From positions 11,990-75,989 of IMG/VR virus record IMGVR_UViG_3300031867_005677: DNA of 64,000 nucleotides. One strand, given 5' to 3'. Every line of letters begins with the position of its first letter. The stretch's first letter is position 1. The notes beneath the pieces were generated by a model, which made no database searches, was not told the origin of the DNA, and saw nothing but the letters and a program-made list of their open reading frames with translations. Below are positions 54,691 through 64,000 of this stretch, piece after piece. The translations under genes and the position numbers were made by a program. The DNA is from a virus (Duplodnaviria > Caudoviricetes).

Positions 54691-57600
54691 ATGGCAAGAA
54701 CAATTGGTACAAAAAAAGCTAAAGATCGTAAAGAAGAACCTGGTATTAATACTGCTGGTCAACTGGATTATTCTGAACTTATTAAAACAAGTTTAGAAAA
54801 TTTTTCTGTTACCCAGGCTATGCAAATGGCTGCATTTTTTACAGGTAAAGGTACAGAAGTAAAGACAGCTAAACAAGCACAAAATAAAGCTAGCCAAGCA
54901 CAACCATCTGTATTAGGTAAAACAAATTCTATTTATCAAACATTACAATCTTTACGTAATAGTATAAAAACATCATTAAGTATAAATGATAAAGGTATAG
55001 GGGGAAAAATTAAATTAATCTCTAATAAAACAGAATCAATAGAAGATTTATTTAATATCTTAAATAATAAAATTTTAATAAATCTAAATAATGAATTAAT
55101 TAATCTTAATAATAAAATTGATGATGTACTTATAAAAAATACTAATAAAGATAATAATTTAAAAGATATTAAATTTCCTGAAGATATTGCCATAAATAAT
55201 TTATCGGAAATAAAAATACCAGAATTTCCTAAATCAATTGATATAAACAATTTATCAGAAATAAAAATACCAGAATTTCCTGAAGATATTGCTATAAGTA
55301 ATTTATCAGAAATAAAAATACCAGAATTTCCAGAATTTCCTGAATCAATTGCTATAAACAATTTATCAGATATAATACAACAGTTAGATAATAAAAATTT
55401 GGATAATATACTTAAATGTATATCTGAATTACCAAAACCAGAAATAAAAATACCAGAATTTCCAAAAGATATTGCTATAAGTAATTTATCAGAAATAAAA
55501 ATACCAGAATCAATTGCTATAAACAATTTATCAGATATAATGCAGCAGTTAGATGATAAAAATTTGGACAATATACTTAAACGTATATCTGAATTACAAA
55601 ATTATAATGAAAATTTATCAGAAAAGTTAACAATATCTTTAGAATCTGGGGATCGTATTCATAAAAGTTTTGAAGATACCGCAAAAAAGAATCAAGAAAA
55701 TATTCAAAAAATAATAGATTCTTATACAGAACAAATTAATACATATAAAGATTATAATAAAGAAGAATTACAAAATCTAATTAATACATTTATCACCCAT
55801 AGTAATCAAAATATAGAAAATATTAAGGAAGAAATTCATAAAGATAAATCCGATATTGTAAGAGGAAAACTTTTGTTAACTATTGGTGGTATTGATAATC
55901 TAACAATAGATACATTAATTAAATTCTCTGATTTGAACTTAGATAAATTAGATCAAAATGCTCAAAGTCTTATTATATTTTTTAAATCATTAAAGACATT
56001 AGAAAAATTCAATATAAAAAAATCATTAAATGTTGTATCTGATTTAGATCAATTATTATTTTCTATTACTACAAGTTTAGGAATTTTAAAATTTACTAGT
56101 ATTGATGAAAGTATAATTGATAAAATACAATCATTAAATACCATATTAAATAGTTTTGATAGTCTATTTATAACATTAAAAACTTTATCAGATAAAAAAG
56201 TAGATGCTAAAAATGTGCTTAATGGCATTATTGGTATTAATGGAATACTAATGACATTAACAATTAGTGCTCCAATGTTTTTAATGGTTAATGAAATGTA
56301 TGGTAAGCATAAAATAGGAAAATGGAGTATCGGTATAATAAATTTAAATGATACTACAAAAATATTTAAATCATTTGGAGAGTTATTTAAAGAATTAGAT
56401 AATATTAAAACATCAAATAACATAAAACAATTAGTTGGATCATTTGGATCATTGTTCATAATGTTAGAATCAATAATGATTTTAACACCATTATTAGGAT
56501 CAATTAATTTAATGTATAATTCAGAAGTTAAAAATGGAGATAAATTCGGAATTAACCTTCAAAAAACATCAGAAATATTAATAGATTTTAATAGTTTAAT
56601 ATTTGATGTTATTAATAATATGTCATCAATAAATAATGGTCTTAAAATACTAAAATCATTTATGGTATTTCCTTTAATTGCTGGTGGATTGAAAACATCA
56701 TTATTAACAATTTCAACATTAAAATTAGGTGATTTGGATAATAAAAAATTATTTATGACATCAGTTGCATTAAAAAACATATCTATTGTTTTTGACATCA
56801 TTAATAAGATGAAAACTTTAGATAAAGATGCTAAGAAAAAAATTGATGATGTTGCAAGATTATTTGGAGATCCTAAAACAAATAAAAAAGGCCAATATAA
56901 TAAATATATTAATACATCATTAGTTAAAATTTTAGAAAATATCAGTAAGACGGAAATCCCAGAAAATACATCATTAACAGGAATATCTAATTTTATTACC
57001 GATATTAAAACAATTATTGATAGCTTAAATTCTATTAATATATCTAAAAATACTGATGAAATTGGAGAAAATCTAGATAATTATATTAAATTAATAGAAG
57101 AAAGTTATAAGAAGTTCCAAGAAAAATTTGACCAAATAATAGCTACTGGTGATACAGCTGAAAAGATAAAGGCGGCTAATGAAAAGATAGCTAATGCAAT
57201 GGAAAGCATTGATGAAACTATCGTAAAGACATCAGCTAATGAAAAAGATATTAAGAAGTCTGTTATTGCTATGGAAGGAATTACAGAATTCATGATTAGT
57301 GCCGCATTAGTTATGTCCATTGGTGCTCTTATTGTTATGTGGGGTGGTGGTAAATTTGTTAAAGCAGCATTAGAATTTGGAATCGTTTTATCTATTTTTG
57401 AAGGATTAGTTTTATTACCTGCTTTAATGTTTTATCAACAACAAGAAAGTGCCATGAAAGGTATTGAAGGTTTTAATTCTTTCATTATTACCTGTACAAT
57501 TACCATGGGTATTGGTGCATTATTTATGGCTCTTGGTGGAGGTAAATTTGTAAAGAGATCTTTAGAATTTGGAGTTTTATTATTTATGTTTGAAACATTA

Positions 57601-60600
57601 ACAGTTATGCCAATGTTAATGTTTTTAGATCATAAAACTGATATATTTAATTCAATGGCCGACTTTTCAAAATTCGTTATTATTGCGACAATAGTAATGA
57701 GTGTTGGGTCATTGTTTGTTTCTTTAGGTGGAGGTAAATTCGTTAGAAATGCGTTGAAATTTGGTGTTGCATTAGCTGAATTTGAATTTATGGTTGTTGC
57801 ACCATTCTTATTATTTAGACTTATTGGTGATAAAGCATCTGAAGGAGTAAAAGAATTTACATCATTATTAATTACAACTACAATATTGTTCTTAATAGGT
57901 TCTGGTATTATGGCATTATCTGGTGGTAAGATGGTAAAATATTCAATGATGTTTGCAGAAACATTAATGAAATTTGAAGCTATGATTATTGCTCCGTTCT
58001 TAATATTTAATTTTTTAAAGAAATCAGTATTTGATGGATTAAAAGCATTTACATCAGTTCTAATAGTTTGTACAACTACATTATTAATTGGTGCTATGTT
58101 TATGAATATGAAAGGTGGGGTTTATCAACTATCAGCAATGGAATTTGCTTGGTTATTGTTAAAATTTGAAGCTATGATTATTGCACCATTCTTGTTATTC
58201 AATATTATACAAAAACAAGTATTTAAAGGTTTAAGAGATTTTGCCGTAGTTGTATTTGTAGCAACCACAACATTATTAATTGGTGCATTATTTATGTCAA
58301 TGAATAATGGAATGAATGGTTGGTATGCTATAGAATTTGCTGGTGTATTATTAATATTTGAAACAGCATTATTAGCACCAATTATGGGATTTGGTAAATT
58401 AGGTGGTAAACCTTTAAAAAATGCTAGAGAATTTGGATTATTTGTTGCATTATGTTCATTCTCATTAATTATTGGGGCTGCATTTATCAATCAATATGGG
58501 GCCGAACCTGCGGTAAAATTTGCTGTATTATTAGGAACATTTATTGGTGGAATGTCTTGGGTAGTAATGTGGCTTTCTGAAAAATTTAAAGATCGTAAAA
58601 CAATTAAAAAGGCACAAGAATTTGGTATATTTGTTTTATTATGTAGTACAGCATTAATAATAGGTGCTACATTTGTAAATAAATATGGCGTTGGTCCTGT
58701 TTTAGCATTTGGAACAGTACTTGTTACCTTTGTTGGATTAATGAGTGCTGTAGTATTTGGTTTAAATAAAATGTTTGAATCCACGGGTGGTGTTGAAAAA
58801 CCAATAGCATTAATGGTAGCAATGGGAACATTCTTAATGCTTGCTACAGGATCATTAGCATTAGGTGCCTGGGTAGTTGATACATATGGATGGAAAGCAT
58901 TAGCATTTGTCCCATTACTCATGACATTTGTTGTTGGTGTTGGTGCTATATTTGCATTAATTGGATTACCACCATTCTTTGCATTAATCGGATTAGGAGC
59001 AATTGCCGCTACTGCTATGGGTGTTGCATTATTAGCATTAACTGGTTCAATAATGGTTGTCAACTTATTGTTTGAATTAGATCCAGGTGGTAAAAAAACA
59101 AGAAAGAATATTGAAACATTAAATAATGATGTATTGGCAGGTGGAGTAATATGGACATTTACTTTATTAGGATTGTTATCTCCATTAATTATTCCTGGTG
59201 GATTAGCCGCTATTGCTATGGGTGTAGCTATGATGGCACTTGGTGGATCTTTATTAATTATCAATACATGTGTTGATAAAGTTAAAGATACAATTTTAGG
59301 AAATATTGGAACATTATCTTTAACAATTGGAGCTATTGGACTATTAGGTCTTGAATTACTTGCAATGACAGTTCCATTAGCATTAGGTTTGCCTGGATTA
59401 GCATTATTAAATGTATTCTCATTAGGTTTAACCACATCTATATTAATGATGTATGGCTCTATAAAAGCTATGCAATCAGTTGGTGGTGATTTAACACAAC
59501 AAATTGATTTAATAACTAAAAACTTACAAGCATTTATAGATATACCTAATAAAATATCTTTAGGTGGTAAAAATAGTATACCATTTTTAGGAGCTGTTTG
59601 GAATGGTGGTAAATTATTTGCACTTAATCTTATGATGAGTGATATCGCTGGTATTGTTAAAAATGCAGCCTATGCAATTAGAGAAATCCAATCATTAAAA
59701 TTTAATGAAAATTTTGATCAAATTCAAAAAAAGATATTTGAAATATTAACAACAATGCCTCAATCATTTTTAGATGTATATGATGGTAAAGATGGAGGTA
59801 AAGGATTAAAAGATATAGGTCAATATAAACTTGATAGAGTAATAACATTTAGTGAGAATATTGGTAAAGTAATTGCAAGTGTTGCTGAAGGAGTTGGTAA
59901 TATGGCTAAATTACAAATTCCTATTGGATGGGACAAAAATGGTAACCCAATTAGTTTTAGAAGATTAAATGATAAAGATTTTACTTTAGCTGGAGATAAT
60001 GTTGCAAAAATATTGACAACAATGGCTGCTGCTCTTGGACATTTATGGAATAATGAAGTTAAAGTTAAAATTGGTGATTTTGATTATACATTAAATGGGG
60101 GATTGCAAGAATTATTAGAAGATAAGGATAGTTCATTCTTTAATATGATTTCATTTAGTAAACAAATTGGTGAAGTCATATCTGGTGTAGCTGAAGGTGT
60201 TGCATCAATGGCTAAATTGAAAATACCAACAAGTTGGGATATGAATGGTAAACCAACTGGATATAAATCATTAAAAGATAAAGACTTTATTGATGCCTCA
60301 TTTAATACCCAATTGATTCTATCAACTATAATTACCTCAATGGCTGGATTATATGAAAGTCATAGAAATGATCCAGGCGGAAATATATTTGATATGGAAG
60401 ACAATTGGTTTACTGAAGATAGCCCATCTCCAATTATGAAAGTTATCGAAACATCATTTAAGATTAGTGAATTGCTTGGTAATTTGGGTGGAGGAATCAA
60501 ATCAATTGCAACATTACAAATACCAACAAAATGGGATAGTAATGGAAAACCTATTTGGTATGAAAAATTAAATATAACTGATTTCACCAATGCCGGACAA

Positions 60601-63156
60601 GCTGTTGGCCAAATTGTTACTTGTTTAATTGATGCATTAAATAAAGAAAGTTATATTAATAATGCCGATGATATTAAAAAGGTTTTAGACTCTGTTATGC
60701 CAGTTTCTGAATTAATATCAGATATGGCTGATGGAATTATTAAATTATCTTCAGGATTAGTAGCTGATGAATGGAATGATCCTAAAAATCCAGGAAAAGC
60801 AACTCATTATAAGAGATTAGAAAAAGCAGATTATGTAAGATCTGGTCAAGCAATTGCCAGAATTGTTACATGTATCACAAATGCATTAATTAAAGCATAT
60901 AATGGTGAAGAAGGTAAAAATAATGGTTTAAAAAGTATATTAGAATCTGATTCATTTAAAGAAATAGTAGAATCAGTTGCTAGTACTGGTGATTTAATAT
61001 CAAATATTGCTGATTCTATTATAAAAATTGGTTCTGCACAAATCCCAATATATAAAAATGGTAAGATAGATCATTATGATCCAATAAATATACCAGAAGC
61101 AAAAAACAATTTAAGGGATATTGTTAGAGAAATAATGTTAGCAACTGTTAATTCTATTATTGATGTATATAATGGAATAGATGGTAAAGATGGTCTTAAA
61201 CTATTACTTAATGATGAAAATAGTCCATTCTTACAAGCAACTAAAGGAATTAATGAAATAATGCAATCAGTTTCAACTATAACTGATAGTATTATTAAAT
61301 TAGGTTCTGCCCAAATCCCAGTGTATATAAATGGTAAATTAGATCATTATAAAGCAATAAGTGTTAAAGATACAGTTACAAATATCAAGGAAATATTTGA
61401 AGGAGAAAATGGAAATGGTTTATTAACTATATTATGTTCTTCAATTAAAGATATTGCTAATCAATATTTTAATCCTAATGATGAAAACAAGAATATTTCT
61501 GGAGCCGTATCATCTGTCTACAATGGAATACACCAAATAACTGAAATTATTAAAGATACATCAGATATAGTTACTAATATTGGTAATATGAAATTCCCAA
61601 CTGGATTTGATAATGATGGTAAACCAACTGGGTATGATACTGTTGATAAAACAGTTATGGAAAAGGCAAAAAATAATATTGTTGAAGTAATGACATCAAT
61701 ATTATCTATATTTGATATTAACTCTACAGATTCTACAGATCCTAAAAAACCTAATCTAAACCGTTATTTAACAGGAGATATTATATCTGATGATAATAAA
61801 AATAAAATTATAAAGAATTTAAATAATACTAAAGATATTATTAGTTCATTATTTGTTATTATTAAAGATTTTAATACATATGGAGCTGAATTTACAAAGA
61901 TTTTAAAATATAAAGGTTCTGGTATTAAAGCAGATAAAAATATTTCATTACCTATATTAAATGATGCTTATATAATTATTAATGCATTTGATGAATTTAA
62001 TTCTGCATTTACAAAAGATATTGGTGAAAATCAAAATCTATCAAAAATAGCCGGTAGTATTGAATCTATTGGTTCGAATATTACAAGAATAATTACTAAG
62101 GTATCTGAAATTTCTAAAGTTATTGTTGAAAATAAATTATCAGAAATTAGTAAAAATTTTGATGGAAATTCATTAGCAACATCATTATCAACTATTATAA
62201 ATGGATTTAACGTTATTTATAAAACAATAACTAGTCCGGCAAAAAGTGATAATGGAAAATATGTACTTATTGGTAGTCTAGATCAAAATACTATTAATCA
62301 AGTAGGTTTAAATATTAGTACTATTTCATCATTAGCAAACACTTTAATCGATAATTATATTAAGAATTCAGAAAAAATTGAAAATATAAATATAATTACT
62401 GGTTATGATAAGAAATTAGAAGGTATTAAAGATTTTTATGTAAAAGTAATTAGTGTTATCCAAGGTATTAATGATGAATTATTGAATAATATAAAAATAC
62501 AAGTTAAAGAAGGAGATAATACTAATCAAATGATGCGTTCTATTTCAGATTTTATCTCAAGTGGTATTAACCCATTTGATTCTGAAATGTTTGATAAATT
62601 TGATCATCTAAATACTTCAATTAATGATATATATGAAACAATTGCTAGACAAGAAGATCATTCTAAATCATTTAATAAGAATACAAATGCATTACAAACT
62701 TATATAAAAGCTATCAATGGTGTTGACCTCAAGAAAGTTAGTTCATTATCAACACTTGTGGATGGATTAAATAAATTAGCTGGTCAACTTGGTAATTTAG
62801 ATAGATTAACAGATACTATAGCTAATAATTTAGCAGAAGTATTAAAAGATCTTGTTGATTCACTTGATGAAGCTAAGAAAACTATTACAAGTGCACATGA
62901 ATTACAAGAATTCAGAGCTAAACAAATAGATAAAGCAATTACAAATGTTAAGTCACTTATGAAAGCTCCATTAAATGTAAATATCCAATCTGCTAATCAA
63001 ATGTCTAATAATGGTGGAATATCTACTACAAATGATGAAGATAAAGATAAAAACACAACTACTGTAAATGTGTATGGTGGTGATAGTGGAGGCAAGACAC
63101 CTAGTGCAACAACCTCACAAAATACTGGTAAGGGATCCCGTAAAACCGTAAAATAA
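54691..63156 (+). CDS. Tape-measure-like protein with a multi-TM repeat region
   Basis: 2821 aa, mostly helical; long hydrophobic repeat segment; next to a tail-tube-like gene. Confidence 0.7.
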   Translation: MARTIGTKKAKDRKEEPGINTAGQLDYSELIKTSLENFSVTQAMQMAAFFTGKGTEVKTAKQAQNKASQAQPSVLGKTNSIYQTLQSLRNSIKTSLSINDKGIGGKIKLISNKTESIEDLFNILNNKILINLNNELINLNNKIDDVLIKNTNKDNNLKDIKFPEDIAINNLSEIKIPEFPKSIDINNLSEIKIPEFPEDIAISNLSEIKIPEFPEFPESIAINNLSDIIQQLDNKNLDNILKCISELPKPEIKIPEFPKDIAISNLSEIKIPESIAINNLSDIMQQLDDKNLDNILKRISELQNYNENLSEKLTISLESGDRIHKSFEDTAKKNQENIQKIIDSYTEQINTYKDYNKEELQNLINTFITHSNQNIENIKEEIHKDKSDIVRGKLLLTIGGIDNLTIDTLIKFSDLNLDKLDQNAQSLIIFFKSLKTLEKFNIKKSLNVVSDLDQLLFSITTSLGILKFTSIDESIIDKIQSLNTILNSFDSLFITLKTLSDKKVDAKNVLNGIIGINGILMTLTISAPMFLMVNEMYGKHKIGKWSIGIINLNDTTKIFKSFGELFKELDNIKTSNNIKQLVGSFGSLFIMLESIMILTPLLGSINLMYNSEVKNGDKFGINLQKTSEILIDFNSLIFDVINNMSSINNGLKILKSFMVFPLIAGGLKTSLLTISTLKLGDLDNKKLFMTSVALKNISIVFDIINKMKTLDKDAKKKIDDVARLFGDPKTNKKGQYNKYINTSLVKILENISKTEIPENTSLTGISNFITDIKTIIDSLNSINISKNTDEIGENLDNYIKLIEESYKKFQEKFDQIIATGDTAEKIKAANEKIANAMESIDETIVKTSANEKDIKKSVIAMEGITEFMISAALVMSIGALIVMWGGGKFVKAALEFGIVLSIFEGLVLLPALMFYQQQESAMKGIEGFNSFIITCTITMGIGALFMALGGGKFVKRSLEFGVLLFMFETLTVMPMLMFLDHKTDIFNSMADFSKFVIIATIVMSVGSLFVSLGGGKFVRNALKFGVALAEFEFMVVAPFLLFRLIGDKASEGVKEFTSLLITTTILFLIGSGIMALSGGKMVKYSMMFAETLMKFEAMIIAPFLIFNFLKKSVFDGLKAFTSVLIVCTTTLLIGAMFMNMKGGVYQLSAMEFAWLLLKFEAMIIAPFLLFNIIQKQVFKGLRDFAVVVFVATTTLLIGALFMSMNNGMNGWYAIEFAGVLLIFETALLAPIMGFGKLGGKPLKNAREFGLFVALCSFSLIIGAAFINQYGAEPAVKFAVLLGTFIGGMSWVVMWLSEKFKDRKTIKKAQEFGIFVLLCSTALIIGATFVNKYGVGPVLAFGTVLVTFVGLMSAVVFGLNKMFESTGGVEKPIALMVAMGTFLMLATGSLALGAWVVDTYGWKALAFVPLLMTFVVGVGAIFALIGLPPFFALIGLGAIAATAMGVALLALTGSIMVVNLLFELDPGGKKTRKNIETLNNDVLAGGVIWTFTLLGLLSPLIIPGGLAAIAMGVAMMALGGSLLIINTCVDKVKDTILGNIGTLSLTIGAIGLLGLELLAMTVPLALGLPGLALLNVFSLGLTTSILMMYGSIKAMQSVGGDLTQQIDLITKNLQAFIDIPNKISLGGKNSIPFLGAVWNGGKLFALNLMMSDIAGIVKNAAYAIREIQSLKFNENFDQIQKKIFEILTTMPQSFLDVYDGKDGGKGLKDIGQYKLDRVITFSENIGKVIASVAEGVGNMAKLQIPIGWDKNGNPISFRRLNDKDFTLAGDNVAKILTTMAAALGHLWNNEVKVKIGDFDYTLNGGLQELLEDKDSSFFNMISFSKQIGEVISGVAEGVASMAKLKIPTSWDMNGKPTGYKSLKDKDFIDASFNTQLILSTIITSMAGLYESHRNDPGGNIFDMEDNWFTEDSPSPIMKVIETSFKISELLGNLGGGIKSIATLQIPTKWDSNGKPIWYEKLNITDFTNAGQAVGQIVTCLIDALNKESYINNADDIKKVLDSVMPVSELISDMADGIIKLSSGLVADEWNDPKNPGKATHYKRLEKADYVRSGQAIARIVTCITNALIKAYNGEEGKNNGLKSILESDSFKEIVESVASTGDLISNIADSIIKIGSAQIPIYKNGKIDHYDPINIPEAKNNLRDIVREIMLATVNSIIDVYNGIDGKDGLKLLLNDENSPFLQATKGINEIMQSVSTITDSIIKLGSAQIPVYINGKLDHYKAISVKDTVTNIKEIFEGENGNGLLTILCSSIKDIANQYFNPNDENKNISGAVSSVYNGIHQITEIIKDTSDIVTNIGNMKFPTGFDNDGKPTGYDTVDKTVMEKAKNNIVEVMTSILSIFDINSTDSTDPKKPNLNRYLTGDIISDDNKNKIIKNLNNTKDIISSLFVIIKDFNTYGAEFTKILKYKGSGIKADKNISLPILNDAYIIINAFDEFNSAFTKDIGENQNLSKIAGSIESIGSNITRIITKVSEISKVIVENKLSEISKNFDGNSLATSLSTIINGFNVIYKTITSPAKSDNGKYVLIGSLDQNTINQVGLNISTISSLANTLIDNYIKNSEKIENINIITGYDKKLEGIKDFYVKVISVIQGINDELLNNIKIQVKEGDNTNQMMRSISDFISSGINPFDSEMFDKFDHLNTSINDIYETIARQEDHSKSFNKNTNALQTYIKAINGVDLKKVSSLSTLVDGLNKLAGQLGNLDRLTDTIANNLAEVLKDLVDSLDEAKKTITSAHELQEFRAKQIDKAITNVKSLMKAPLNVNIQSANQMSNNGGISTTNDEDKDKNTTTVNVYGGDSGGKTPSATTSQNTGKGSRKTVK
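55165..55600 (+). repeat. Intragenic tandem repeats (IPEFPE/DIAINNLSEIK) with a higher-order 165-bp duplication
   Basis: Repeated ...aatttatcagaaataaaaataccagaa...; gaatcaattgctataaac at 55342 and 55507. Confidence 0.9.
57343..58500 (+). repeat. 64-aa hydrophobic repeats
   Basis: GGGKF/SGGKM units start at 57343, 57535, 57727 and 57919 (exact 192-nt period), followed by degenerate units. Confidence 0.85.
59880..61660 (+). repeat. About seven 80-100-aa repeats (..G...(M/I)..L.IP..WD.NG.P..Y..L)
   Basis: LQIPIGWDKNGNP, LKIPTSWDMNGKP, LQIPTKWDSNGKP, AQIPIYKNGKIDHY, AQIPVYINGKLDHY, MKFPTGFDNDGKP. Confidence 0.8.
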
Positions 63157-63168
63157 TTAATTTATATT

Positions 63169-63339
63169 ATGAAGAATTTCAATATATATTATGGCTACAA
63201 TAAGATTAATTCAAGACCTTTAAATGAAGATGATGTTAATAATATTATGAATCAAAAGTATATTTATAAGACTATTGATAATCAAAATATTAAAATCAAA
63301 ACTTCTGATGTAAAAATAATAAAATGTACAATTATTTAA
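63169..63339 (+). CDS. Small hypothetical protein (56 aa, not in ORF track)
   Basis: MKNFNIYYGYNKINSRPL...; ends 1 nt before the next ATG. Confidence 0.55.
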   Translation: MKNFNIYYGYNKINSRPLNEDDVNNIMNQKYIYKTIDNQNIKIKTSDVKIIKCTII

Positions 63340-63340
63340 T

Positions 63341-63973
63341 ATGTTTACACTAAATGCAAGACAAGACTTATTTAGATTAACTCTCCCGGATGATTTTATT
63401 GCTAAGGAGATTAATGAGAAATACTCAAAAATTATTAATGATAATAAGAGTTTTATTAGAAGACCAATAGATTTTCTTAATGAAACTATTCAATCCGTTC
63501 AAGTATTAGGGTTTATAGAAGGTACAGTTCAACAACAACAATCCGGACAAGGGAATCCTATAATAAACTATAATAGACAATTGGAAAATAATTTTATGCA
63601 TACTTCAACTGACTATAATTATCGTTCAGAGAAAAACCCATTAGCATTAATTGATAAGACATTGAATATATTCTTTAGACATACATTAGGTTTTTTGAAT
63701 TATTTCTTGATGTTTGAAAATTTCTTCTATCTCTATAGTCGTGATAGGAAATATAATGAAATGCCTGATCAAATACCAATTGATATAATAAATAATCGTG
63801 GAGAAATCTATTCAAGAATTATAATCATGGATCCAGTAATTAATGGTATTGATATGCTTGACTTGAACTATAATGCACCTAATGAAACTATGTCAACATT
63901 CAAAGTAGAATTCAAATATAGCAATATAGATTATCAATTTATAAATCTAGATAATGAAGAAGGAGAAGCTTAA
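63341..63973 (+). CDS. Tail tube / tube-initiator-like protein (gp19/gp54-like)
   Basis: FRL.LP...I, ETIQSV.V.GF, C-terminal L...LDLNY......TFKVEFKY; follows the tape measure. Confidence 0.5.
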   Translation: MFTLNARQDLFRLTLPDDFIAKEINEKYSKIINDNKSFIRRPIDFLNETIQSVQVLGFIEGTVQQQQSGQGNPIINYNRQLENNFMHTSTDYNYRSEKNPLALIDKTLNIFFRHTLGFLNYFLMFENFFYLYSRDRKYNEMPDQIPIDIINNRGEIYSRIIIMDPVINGIDMLDLNYNAPNETMSTFKVEFKYSNIDYQFINLDNEEGEA

Positions 63974-63984
63974 GCTTCTCCTTT
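63960..63984 (+). terminator. Rho-independent terminator overlapping the stop codon
   Basis: aaggagaagc-ttaa-gcttctcctt. Confidence 0.85.
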
Positions 63985-64000
63985 ATTCATCATAAATTTC

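Noticed and set aside
55165-55600. Short repeats as a CRISPR array or replication iterons
   Set aside because: They are in-frame, within the tape-measure ORF, and have no spacer structure.
7453-60590. Antisense or overlapping ORFs in the track (e.g. 7453-, 12391-, 15204-, 15541+, 50578-, 54936-, 58491-, 41877+)
   Set aside because: They lie within longer, motif-bearing genes and read as mirror products of low-complexity or repeat coding, without start context.
54691-63156. Genome-wide TAG-to-Gln recoding (code 15, Lak-like)
   Set aside because: The 2821-, 1866- and 1213-aa Gln-containing ORFs have no in-frame TAG, and code-11 coding density is high. Only rare local read-through remains possible (see findings).
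1-64000. tRNA, rRNA, integrase or transposase genes
   Set aside because: Intergenic gaps are short and AT-rich with no cloverleaf-like GC stems, and no ORF shows recombinase or transposase motifs. tRNAscan-SE would confirm.

Overview
This 64-kb window is a very AT-rich (roughly three-quarters A+T by eye), gene-dense segment of a large T4-like (myovirus-type) jumbo or mega phage genome. A Bacteroidota host is inferred from TAnnTTTG-type promoter boxes, the lack of obvious Shine-Dalgarno sites and a Bacteroides-type ferritin domain. Block layout: (+) 1-15.4 kb holds baseplate genes (gp25-like, gp6-like), a holin-like gene, a scaffold-like gene and an array of proteins with T4-type capsid-targeting N-termini. 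(-) 15.5-42.2 kb holds early, replication and metabolic genes: glycosyltransferase, RuvC, DinG helicase, NadD, NUDIX, NadE, YodL-like, GMP reductase and an AEP-primase/SF2-helicase fusion. Next come (+) a gp13-like neck gene, (-) a 1866-aa baseplate/receptor-binding protein, (+) a second tagged array (NDK-ferritin fusion, three DUF285 repeat proteins), (-) a small KTSC operon, and (+) a 2821-aa tape-measure-like protein and a tail-tube-like gene. The main highlight is a family of nine otherwise mostly unrelated proteins sharing the N-terminal tag MKx(L/I)xx(F/I)IxE-KLK(I/V)xSK(S/T)K(I/V)N, suggesting a modular system of head-packaged, protease-matured, host-injected cargo. Other highlights: an NDK-ferritin fusion, a glycine-zipper propeptide, a NadD/NUDIX/NadE NAD module, promoters built into terminator hairpins, and two small genes with an in-frame TAG. 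I saw no tRNA, rRNA, CRISPR array or mobile element. All functional calls come from motif recognition, not database searches.
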